Of a stretch of DNA of 20,618 nucleotides, positions 1-6,823 are shown in pieces; position 1 is the first letter of the stretch, and each line of letters starts with the position of its first letter. The notes beneath the pieces were generated by a model. That model made no database searches. It was not told where the DNA came from and saw only the letters and a list, made by a program, of their open reading frames with translations. The position numbers and the translations under genes are program-made. The stretch is from the NCBI GenBank assembly GCA_049969855.1, contig JBMFOB010000023.1, positions 1 to 20,618 on the forward strand, read 5' to 3'. Origin of the DNA: Candidatus Bathyarchaeia archaeon (GTDB lineage Archaea; Thermoproteota; Bathyarchaeia; Bathyarchaeales; Bathycorpusculaceae).

Positions 1-254
1 GTTCCATATTTCTTAGCAGCTATAACCAGCAAAGCCAAAACAATAGCGGTTACGCAAGTGTCCGTGGAAAAAGCAAGCACAAGAAATGTTTCGCCTAAAG
101 CCCTATTCAAAGAGGACGCCAATAAAACAAAATTCATCGAAGCCGCCACAGCAATAATTTCAATGGAAATTAACACTTTCACAAGATGACGCTTGGTTAA
201 TAAGCCGTAAATGCCAACAGCAAGCAAAATAACCGACAAAATCATGTAATCCAT
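1..254 (-). CDS. NuoK / MbhG (MrpC)-like small membrane subunit of the hydrogenase/complex I-like module. The 3' end lies beyond the window.
   Basis: Absent from the ORF track because it is cut by the window edge. Manual reverse translation from ATG 254..252 gives MDYMILSVILLAVGIYGLLTKRHLVKVLISIEIIAVAASMNFVLLASSLNRALGETFLVLAFSTDTCVTAIVLALLVIAAKKYGT. This is a three-helix hydrophobic protein with the helix-2 'SIE' glutamate typical of NuoK/MnhC. Its start shares one nucleotide with the upstream stop (TGATG). Confidence 0.7.
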   Translation of the reverse strand, partial: MDYMILSVILLAVGIYGLLTKRHLVKVLISIEIIAVAASMNFVLLASSLNRALGETFLVLAFSTDTCVTAIVLALLVIAAKKYG

Positions 255-718
255 CAGCTCTCACCCTCCCTTCGTTCATAAAGGACTATGGCAATGCCTA
301 AAGCAACAGTCATTATAACCAAACCCTGCAGTATCACATCTATGGCTCTCAAATTCCAAAGTGCTTCCGCAAAAGAAAAACTAGAAGAAATATTAGCCGG
401 CGTAACCGCAACAGACAAGAAAATCGAAGGAAGAGACAAAACAACCGCAAGCAAGACAACAGGAAAAATTTTCTTTAAAGACTTTTCCTTTTCTGGTTTC
501 TCGCTCAGCATTTCGCCAGCCAAAAAGAGAACAGCCAAAGTTCCAGCGCTAACAGCTAACTGAAAAACAGCCACAAAAACGGCATCACTTAAGGCATACA
601 AAACAGCCATCAAAACAAGCATGCAAGCCAAAGAAGCAACAGAATAAACTGCCTCATCAAGGTAAATTGCCAAACAAGCCGAAGCAACCAAACCAACAGC
701 AATCAACTCAACAATCAT
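254..718 (-). CDS. NuoJ-like (MbhD/E-like) membrane subunit
   Basis: Hydrophobic ORF (the track lists 254..736 from a GTG). The stretch AVFVAVFQLAVSAGTLAVLFLAGEMLSEK resembles the conserved NuoJ core. I prefer ATG 718..716: it lies 1 nt after the upstream stop and is preceded by GAGGGGAG. The GTG at 736 would overlap the upstream gene by 17 nt. Confidence 0.65.
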   Translation of the reverse strand: MIVELIAVGLVASACLAIYLDEAVYSVASLACMLVLMAVLYALSDAVFVAVFQLAVSAGTLAVLFLAGEMLSEKPEKEKSLKKIFPVVLLAVVLSLPSIFLSVAVTPANISSSFSFAEALWNLRAIDVILQGLVIMTVALGIAIVLYERREGES

Positions 719-719
719 A

Positions 720-1094
720 TCATTTGCTCCCCTCACTCGTATGATTTGCCTTAGGCTTTACAACCAAATCCGATTTATTTGTTGCTGCCAACTCAAAAAT
801 CTCCGAACTTTTAATCGCATTTCTAGGACAACTTTCAGCACACTGATAACAAAATATGCAGCGGTCCAAATGGAAAAGCGGTCTTAACTTTCCATCAACC
901 TCAACCATCTCAATCGCCTTCGCAGGACAATCCCTAGAACACAAGCCACAACTAATGCAAATACTTATATCAAACACTTGTCTGCCGCGAAAGCCTTCGG
1001 GAACATGCGGCTTCTCTTCTGGATATTTGCGGGTTGCAGGCTTCTTAAAAAGGTGAACAAACACTTCCTTCAAAATCGGCGATAACTTAGCCAT
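720..1094 (-). CDS. NuoI / MbhN-like 2x[4Fe-4S] ferredoxin subunit
   Basis: 124 aa with two CxxCxxCxxxCP motifs (CISCGLCSRDCP and CIFCYQCAESCP). Size and operon position match NuoI/HycF. Confidence 0.85.
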   Translation of the reverse strand: MAKLSPILKEVFVHLFKKPATRKYPEEKPHVPEGFRGRQVFDISICISCGLCSRDCPAKAIEMVEVDGKLRPLFHLDRCIFCYQCAESCPRNAIKSSEIFELAATNKSDLVVKPKANHTSEGSK

Positions 1095-1101
1095 TTCACA
1101 C

Positions 1102-2091
1102 TCACCTCAACGGACTAAGCCACAAGCCAACACCAACAGCCGTAGCAAGAGAAAGCAAAGATAAAGGCAGAAGCACCTTCCAGTTAACAACTAAAACTTG
1201 GTCAATTCGCAATCTCGCAAAGACGCATGTCAAGTACTCAGTAAGCACGACAACAACGAGAAGTTTAAGCACAAACCAAAAAGTATACCACAAGGCTGAT
1301 GGACCGTAAAAAACGGGGCCATAAGGTCCACCTAAGAAAAGCTCCACAGCAATAGCCGCTCCAAGCACTATTTGCACATCCTTAGCAAGCTTAAGGAAAG
1401 CCAGCCTTCTACCAGTATACTCCGTTTCATACCCACCCACAATTTCAGTTTCAGCATGCGGAACATCAAAGGGGTCTTTCTCCAACTCCGCCTGAAGCGT
1501 GATCACAAAAAGCGCAAAAACCCATGGGATCACAAACGCAAATGGAAAATACTGGCTAGCGGCTACGGCTGAGATGCTAAGGCTTTTAGCCAAAAAGGCA
1601 GGAGCCAAAGCAAGAACGAAAAGTGGAATATCATAGCCCAAAAACTGCGTCAAAACTCGTGCGGCACCAGTCGCACTGAAAGGATTAATCGAAGACCACC
1701 CAGAAAGGAAAAGAAAGAAGTTAGCAATTGAAACTAACGTTAGAACAAGAACAAGGTCGCCTTCAAAGTTTGAATTAAAAATAATGTTTGCTCCATCAAT
1801 TGGCAAGAAGATAAATGCGAAGACAAAAATCGAGAAAGAGAGAATTGGAGCGAACTTGAAAACGAAATCTTTCACGTTAAACGGAACAATGTCCTCCTTA
1901 GTTAACAGTTTGACAAAGTCAGCAAACGGCTGAAAAACACCAGATGGACCAGTATATGTGGGTCCCATCCTATTCTGCATCCGAGCCTCAATTTTTCTTT
2001 CAACCCAATCGCAAAACATCGTGAAAAATAGAATGAAAGTGAACCCTGGAAAAACCAACACACGAAACAGAAACCATAAATCAAAACTCAT
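1102..2091 (-). CDS. NuoH / MbhM / HycD-like integral membrane subunit
   Basis: 329 aa polytopic protein with NuoH-type segments (RKIEARMQNRMGPTYTGPSGVFQPFADFVKL; EKDPFDVPHAETEIVGGYETEYTG). It sits between the large-subunit and NuoI-like genes. Confidence 0.85.
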   Translation of the reverse strand: MSFDLWFLFRVLVFPGFTFILFFTMFCDWVERKIEARMQNRMGPTYTGPSGVFQPFADFVKLLTKEDIVPFNVKDFVFKFAPILSFSIFVFAFIFLPIDGANIIFNSNFEGDLVLVLTLVSIANFFLFLSGWSSINPFSATGAARVLTQFLGYDIPLFVLALAPAFLAKSLSISAVAASQYFPFAFVIPWVFALFVITLQAELEKDPFDVPHAETEIVGGYETEYTGRRLAFLKLAKDVQIVLGAAIAVELFLGGPYGPVFYGPSALWYTFWFVLKLLVVVVLTEYLTCVFARLRIDQVLVVNWKVLLPLSLLSLATAVGVGLWLSPLR

Positions 2092-2102
2092 TCTGCATTC
2101 TC

Positions 2103-3692
2103 CTATCTATCTGTGCATGAAAAGCATGGGTCAAGACTGACGAAACTTGCTGGCACATCTGCAATATTACCACCTTCAGCAATCTTAACAAAAGATGGAA
2201 TATTAGCAAAAGTTGGAGTGCGCACCTTAACACGCTCCGGAAAAGCCGTTCCATTACTCTTTACATAATAAAATAGTTCGCCCCTAGGCGCCTCAACACG
2301 CCCGATAGCCTCGCCTGCTGGCACAATTCTTGGAACCCTAATTCTGTAAGGTCCACTTGGCAAATGTTCTAGGGCATATTGTATTATGTTAATGCCTTCG
2401 ACAATCTCATCTAAACGAACCATAAGTCTAGCCCAAGAGTCACCCTCATCATAAGTGATAACTTTAAAGGGTATTTCGTTATAAGCTGCGTATGGCTCAT
2501 CCCTTCTAACATCCATATTCACACCAGAACCTCGAGCCACAGGACCAACAACACACAATTTCAACGCTTCCTGTTTGCTCAGAACTCCAACATTCCTTGT
2601 TCGCATTTTCAATGTTGCATCACCCTCAAAGATACTTTTGTAAAAACTTAGCCTTTCCCTCAAGTTTGCCAATTCCACCTTAATTTTCGGCACATCCTCC
2701 TCCTTCAAATCCCTCCTCACACCACCTATGGTAATAAAAGATGCGACAACACGGTTACCAGTGAGCGTCTCCACAATATCCATTATTGGTTCTCTGTCTC
2801 GCCACATGTAATGAAACAAGGTTTCATATCCAATTTCAAGTCCAGCATGACCCAAAAGAAGCATGTGACTATGAATCCTATTCAACTCCAAAATTATCGT
2901 ACGCAAATACCTAGCCCTAGGCGGCACATTCACTCCCATTATCGCTTCAACAGTCTGACAGAAACAAGCAGCATGACAAGCATTACAAATACCGCATATT
3001 CTCTCAACCAAGTAAATATCCTGCAAATAAGTGCGACTTTCCGCAGCCTTCTCAATCCCCCTATGAACATAACCAATTCTAGGCTCAACAGCCCTAACAA
3101 TTTCCCCATCAACTTTTAAGGAAAACTTTTCAGGCTCTATCAAGGCAGGATGCTGAGGCCCCAACACAATATTTACTAGTCTTTCACCGTTGGAAACGTG
3201 CGCATCATCTTTTGAAGCCTCAGAATTCTCTTTTTTGCTCTGAAAATTTGCCGCCGTAACATCCTTTCTCAACGGAAAAACGTTTTCCGGCCAATCTTCT
3301 GGAAGAATAAGCCTCTTCGGGTTTGGATGTCCCTCAAATGTTACGCCTAAAAGGTCAGATACTTCCCTTTCATGGAAATTCGCTCCAGAAATTAGGTCGG
3401 TTATGCTTTCAATTTTTGCATTTTCCTTTGGCACATTGACTCCGATGGTAATTATCGTGCCGTAAGTGCGGATGTGATACATTAACTCAATCGTTTCGCC
3501 AAGGTCAACGCCCGTAATTGCAGAAACACCTGCATTTTCATCTTGTTGGAGCAGGACTTTTACAGCATCTCTGTGGGCTCCAACTTTAACTTGAACACAT
3601 GTTTTTTCGGGATGCAGAGTTTTAATTTGGAGTATCCTATCCCCAAGCACATCCCTTAAGGTTTTCAAAATCTCGTCAATGTTTATCGACAT
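2103..3692 (-). CDS. Fused NuoC-like / group 4 [NiFe]-hydrogenase large subunit (NuoD/HycE/MbhL-like)
   Basis: 529 aa. The N-terminal ~150 aa are NuoC-like (FHEREVSDLLGVTFEGHPNPKRLILPEDWP). The remainder is NuoD/large-subunit-like (GPQHPA...IGYVHRGIEK). Both Ni-Fe ligand motifs are present: RICGICNACH (Cys codons 2996..2994 and 2987..2985) and the C-terminal DPCFSCTDR (Cys codons 2126..2124 and 2117..2115). AAGGAGGCAAG lies 2 nt upstream of ATG 3692. Confidence 0.9.
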   Translation of the reverse strand: MSINIDEILKTLRDVLGDRILQIKTLHPEKTCVQVKVGAHRDAVKVLLQQDENAGVSAITGVDLGETIELMYHIRTYGTIITIGVNVPKENAKIESITDLISGANFHEREVSDLLGVTFEGHPNPKRLILPEDWPENVFPLRKDVTAANFQSKKENSEASKDDAHVSNGERLVNIVLGPQHPALIEPEKFSLKVDGEIVRAVEPRIGYVHRGIEKAAESRTYLQDIYLVERICGICNACHAACFCQTVEAIMGVNVPPRARYLRTIILELNRIHSHMLLLGHAGLEIGYETLFHYMWRDREPIMDIVETLTGNRVVASFITIGGVRRDLKEEDVPKIKVELANLRERLSFYKSIFEGDATLKMRTRNVGVLSKQEALKLCVVGPVARGSGVNMDVRRDEPYAAYNEIPFKVITYDEGDSWARLMVRLDEIVEGINIIQYALEHLPSGPYRIRVPRIVPAGEAIGRVEAPRGELFYYVKSNGTAFPERVKVRTPTFANIPSFVKIAEGGNIADVPASFVSLDPCFSCTDR

Positions 3693-4141
3693 GCCTTGCC
3701 TCCTTAATTGAATTAAGCAGTTTTACAACACCGTCAATTATCGCCTCCGGCTTCGGTGGACAGCCTGGAATGTAGACATTGACTGGAATGACTTTATCGA
3801 CTCCGCCAACAACATTATAGTTTCCTTCAAACACTCCGCCTGAACAAGCACATGCGCCTATAGCAACAACAAATTTCGGCTCAGGCATCTGCTCATAAAT
3901 GCGTTTCAACCTCTCAGCACACTGGCGAGTGACAACACCAGTTGTTAATAAAACATCAGCGTGTCTTGGCGAAGGCTCAAGTAATATTCCAAAGCGTTCA
4001 ACATCATACCTAGGCGTTAAAAGTGCAACAACCTCAATATCGCAAGCGTTACATGCTCCAGAATTGAAATGAAGAACCCAGGGCGATTTCAGCCTCGCCC
4101 ACTTTGAAAGGCTAGCAAAATCCGTTAACGGTCGCCTCCAT
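3676..4141 (-). CDS. NuoB / MbhJ-like hydrogenase small subunit, with an apparent +1 frame discontinuity near its 5' end (possible frameshift, indel or pseudogene)
   Basis: The track lists only 3676..3909 (TTG start, 77 aa: GACACSGG...PGCPP). The same frame stays open up to 4209 and encodes the conserved N-terminal half: SLSKWARLKSPWVLHFNSGACNACDIEVVALLTPRYDVERFGILLEPSPRHADVLLTTGVVTRQCAERL. That stretch contains no ATG, GTG or TTG. ATG 4141..4139 is in the neighbouring frame and reads MEATVNGFC*. The two frames meet at a T4 run (plus-strand AAAA, 4117-4120). Confidence 0.75.
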
Positions 4142-4424
4142 CCAAAAGCAGCAAGCCAGACATAAAAACGATGAATAAGTAAAGTATGAAAAATAAAACA
4201 TTCGCTACGTTAAGCGCCGTTGATGCAAAAGCCACTAACAACACTGAGGAATCCAGAATTACAAAGTATATGAGATACCTATAATGAGAAATGCTAATTT
4301 TTAATTTACCAAAATTCGCTTTCTCACCACAAGCATAAGAGGATTTGCCATACCCGTTACGCACAGACTTAGCTGACAACAAACGCCCAAGCAAATAAAC
4401 TATACACGACAAAGCCAAAATCAA
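4125..4424 (-). CDS. NuoA-like small membrane subunit (start codon uncertain)
   Basis: 99 aa from TTG 4424. The stretch KSSYACGEKANFGKLKISISHYRYLIYFVILDSSVLL matches the NuoA pattern (K-x-x-Y-x-CG ... FY..a..F.i.D). Three predicted TM helices. The frame is open upstream to 4481 and a perfect GGAGG sits at 4466..4462, so the true start may be upstream and non-canonical. Confidence 0.6.
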   Translation of the reverse strand: MILALSCIVYLLGRLLSAKSVRNGYGKSSYACGEKANFGKLKISISHYRYLIYFVILDSSVLLVAFASTALNVANVLFFILYLFIVFMSGLLLLDGGDR

Positions 4425-4873
4425 GGCAAAAGCGACCGTTAACTCAATAACCGTATGCTTGCCTCCTTTATAACCGCAATATTATGCTTCATCCTTTGCG
4501 CTTTAAACACCTTCCCTAATCAAGTATCTTCAGATGTCATAACACATTTTTTCATTTCACTCATGAAAACAAACAGCAAGATTTAAATTTTATCAACAAC
4601 TCCCACTAATTCACACATAAATTTCTTTCGGCGCCTTCTCTTATACTCCTTAGTTATAGTTAGCTTCAAGAAAATTTACTGGTAAATTTGTGCGTAAATC
4701 CCACTCAGCACTAAAAATAAAGCCTTATACTGGCGTACTTTGGCTAAATAAACCATATTTTAGGTTTATTGTCCTAAAATTTGAATGCTAATTTACTGTT
4801 AAAACTTTTGCCGTCAAGTTTAACTAGAATTATGAAATATTTTTAATAGTGTGAGCTTGCAAGGGGTACGCTT
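4425..4873. promoter_or_regulatory. Divergent AT-rich intergenic/promoter region between the hydrogenase operon (minus) and the HExxH gene (plus)
   Basis: About 450 bp with no ORF in the track. A TTTAAA box at about 4502-4507 (read on the minus strand) lies about 35-40 nt upstream of the GGAGG at 4466..4462. An ATATTTTTAATA element at about 4837-4848 lies about 26-37 nt upstream of GTG 4874. Two palindromes are present (4672-4689 and 4747-4770). Assignment of the promoter elements is tentative. Confidence 0.3.
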
Positions 4874-5221
4874 GTGTTTGATCGAGAATATCTGTTTAAG
4901 GCTGAAATTGTGCGCTTGATCCTTATGAAGCAGACTGATAAGGCTTTGAATGCGCTTAGCCATTATTATGGTGTTGCTGTTCCGTTCTTGAAAGTTGGAA
5001 TGCCGAAGGGGCATAGCGGTAAAGTTGGGTGTTATGTCTCCAAAACTAAGACTATCCATGTTATGAACCATGAAAAACTTGAAGACCCCTTCGTGATTCT
5101 TCACGAGTTTTATCATCATCTTCGAACCCAAGATGGAAAGCATAAAGGCACAGAGAAGTATGCTAACAAGTTTGCACAAGAATTTATCGAAGCCTTCCAA
5201 AATTTCCATAAGCTTCATTGA
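4874..5221 (+). CDS. Small putative zinc metallopeptidase (HExxH; SprT/DUF45-like minimal architecture)
   Basis: 115 aa from GTG 4874, with AGGGG upstream. HEFYH is encoded at 5102-5116, within VGCYVSKTKTIHVMNHEKLEDPFVILHEFYHHL. This follows the 'G-x-Y...I.v......dp..vLHE..H' layout of minimal SprT/YgjP-type peptidases. Preferred over the fully overlapping antisense ORF 4820..5218, which has no motif and a low-complexity composition. Confidence 0.5.
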   Translation: MFDREYLFKAEIVRLILMKQTDKALNALSHYYGVAVPFLKVGMPKGHSGKVGCYVSKTKTIHVMNHEKLEDPFVILHEFYHHLRTQDGKHKGTEKYANKFAQEFIEAFQNFHKLH

Positions 5222-5246
5222 CCTTTTCGTAAGGCTTCAAACTTGT

Positions 5247-5271
5247 CGTTCTGCTATACTTAGAGAACGAT
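5247..5271. terminator. Hairpin between convergent genes (candidate bidirectional terminator)
   Basis: TCGTTCT (5247-5253) and AGAACGA (5265-5271) form a 7-bp perfect inverted repeat with an 11-nt loop, followed by a T/A-rich tract. It lies between the stops of 4874..5221 (+) and 5314..6090 (-). Confidence 0.3.
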
Positions 5272-5313
5272 TTAATATTATCTGGGCACCCGTATTTTGT
5301 ATATTGTGAGTGG

Positions 5314-6090
5314 TTATTGTGCCAGTGAGTCGCCGTACTGTGAAATGTCGGATGCTTGGAGTATCTCTCTTCTTTTCACTATTTCTTTAAAGTCCACGTA
5401 ACCTCCGCCTACGATTTTCAGTTTTGCCTCGACTTTCTTGTTTTTAATTTCTATGATGTTGTAGGAGTTGCAGAAGAAGCCTCTAAGTTTCTCGCATGAT
5501 ATGCTTCCTGCATGAACCACGAGCATGTCTTCGATTCTCCATCTCCATGGTCTGTGGCGGTGTCCGCAGAGAACTAGGTTCGCCTTTGATTTTACGAGAC
5601 TTCTTAGGACATCGCCTGCGTCCACAATTGTTATTTGGTCTGCGCCTGTATCTGGGACTGGAATTATGTGGTGGTGGAGGGCTACTATTTTGACTTTGTC
5701 TTTGTATTTTTCGAGAGTTTTTTCAAGCCAAAGGTTTTGTCTATGGCCTACTTCGCCGTCGTCTCTGTCTGGTCTGGCTGAGCTGAGAACCAGTATAACG
5801 GCATCGTTGACTTCTGTTACTTGTGTGAATGGAAAAAACTCTTTAAAGAGTAAATAGCCAGTGGAACGATAGTCATGGTTTCCACTTACGTAAATTATTT
5901 TTTCTGCTTTCAGTTTTTTCAATTCTTTAACCGCTGTTTCAAACTCTGATATTAAACCGTTTTCTGTTAAATCTCCGCAAACCAGAACCACATCTGGAGA
6001 TAATTCGTTAATTTCTTTAATACCCGCTCTTAGAGTGTCTCTGCGAAGCATTGGACCGCAGTGAACGTCTGATATTTGAGCGATTAGCAT
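5314..6090 (-). CDS. Calcineurin-like metallophosphoesterase (CpdA/YfcE-type)
   Basis: 258 aa with the complete ordered motif set: ISDVHCG (DxH), CGDLTENG (GD), SGNHDY (GNHD), ALHHH and CGHRHRP (GHxH). Confidence 0.85.
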   Translation of the reverse strand: MLIAQISDVHCGPMLRRDTLRAGIKEINELSPDVVLVCGDLTENGLISEFETAVKELKKLKAEKIIYVSGNHDYRSTGYLLFKEFFPFTQVTEVNDAVILVLSSARPDRDDGEVGHRQNLWLEKTLEKYKDKVKIVALHHHIIPVPDTGADQITIVDAGDVLRSLVKSKANLVLCGHRHRPWRWRIEDMLVVHAGSISCEKLRGFFCNSYNIIEIKNKKVEAKLKIVGGGYVDFKEIVKRREILQASDISQYGDSLAQ

Positions 6091-6096
6091 TTTATT

Positions 6097-6765
6097 TCAT
6101 TCTCTGCTTGCAAGTATAACAATGTAATCTGCCGTGTCAGCACACATATCAGCCGCATGCTCAATGAACTCGACTAAATCGTCGAATATTACCATGGCGC
6201 CACAATTGATTTTGTCTGAAAACTTGGTGAACAAAGCTTTCGTTTTCAAATATTCCTCATCAATTTCATGTTCAATTTCTTCCACTTTTTTGGCGCCTTG
6301 CATGGCTGCTGCAGCATCTACAGTTATTTTTTCAAGGCTTCCTCTTAATGCGTGAGCGCAGTCCACCAATGTTGAGGTCATGTGAACTGTGCTATCCCAC
6401 AATTCCTTGGGAACATGGGCATCTTCAAGCATTTTTATACATCTCGCCACATCCTTCACATGATCTGCAAGAGTGTCAAGTCTCTTTACAAGGTGCATTA
6501 AGTCCTCACGGTATTCTGCAAATAAGGCTGCACCCTTTGATAATTCTTTGAAAACTTCTGTTCGTAGGCTGTCAACTTCTTTTTCCACTTCAAAGAGGTT
6601 TTCGACGTTTTGGAGTGCTTCCTTCTTTTTTCCCTCTGACATACTTTTTATTGCTTGATATAGCAGTGTTACTGTGTCTAAGGCTTTGGTTATTTGTTCT
6701 TGAGCCAAGTCTAAAGCTTTTGTTCTTCTGCGTCTTTCAAACCATGCGTAACTTCTTTTTTCCAA
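6097..6765 (-). CDS. DUF47 / TIGR00153-type PhoU-like helical protein
   Basis: 222 aa, all-helical and E/K/D-rich, with a two-repeat architecture. Segments such as EVEKEVDSLRTEV...LVKRLDTLADHVKD and EIEHEIDEEYLKTK...FIEHAADMCADTADYI are typical of the DUF47/PhoU_div family. TTG start. The stop lies 6 nt upstream of the metallophosphoesterase start. Confidence 0.7.
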   Translation of the reverse strand: MEKRSYAWFERRRRTKALDLAQEQITKALDTVTLLYQAIKSMSEGKKKEALQNVENLFEVEKEVDSLRTEVFKELSKGAALFAEYREDLMHLVKRLDTLADHVKDVARCIKMLEDAHVPKELWDSTVHMTSTLVDCAHALRGSLEKITVDAAAAMQGAKKVEEIEHEIDEEYLKTKALFTKFSDKINCGAMVIFDDLVEFIEHAADMCADTADYIVILASRE

Positions 6766-6823
6766 ATTTGCATCCCTTTTTAAACTGTTATTTCATTAGT
6801 CTACTTATAACCCTTCTCCAAAT

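Noticed and set aside
288-563. A 91-aa plus-strand ORF, along with similar 60-110-aa ORFs opposite the hydrogenase, pxp and hdrA genes (for example 856..1056, 2811..3119, 5525..5857, 8437..8775, 10638..10925 and 12854..13090).
   Set aside because: Every one lies fully inside a well-supported gene on the other strand and lacks motifs, so I treat them as chance open frames.
2103-3692. The NuoC-NuoD fusion itself as a possible novelty.
   Set aside because: Fused NuoCD and HycE-type C-D fusions are well known in bacteria and archaea. Only the retained Ni-Fe ligands in complex I synteny are worth flagging.
4439-4492. A mini-ORF, ATG 4492 ... TAA (MKHNIAVIKEASIRLLS), upstream of the nuoA-like gene, considered as a possible leader peptide or a frameshifted true N-terminus.
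   Set aside because: It is only 17 codons, not hydrophobic like a NuoA N-terminus, contains the SD element within it, and has no slippery sequence linking it to the nuoA-like frame. The evidence is insufficient.
4820-5218. A 132-aa minus-strand ORF that completely overlaps the HExxH ORF.
   Set aside because: It has no recognisable motif and a low-complexity, Leu/Ile/Lys/Ser/Phe-rich composition. It would leave no room for its own promoter context. The plus-strand frame carries a catalytic-type HExxH in a sensible setting. It is kept only as an unresolved alternative under the HExxH finding.
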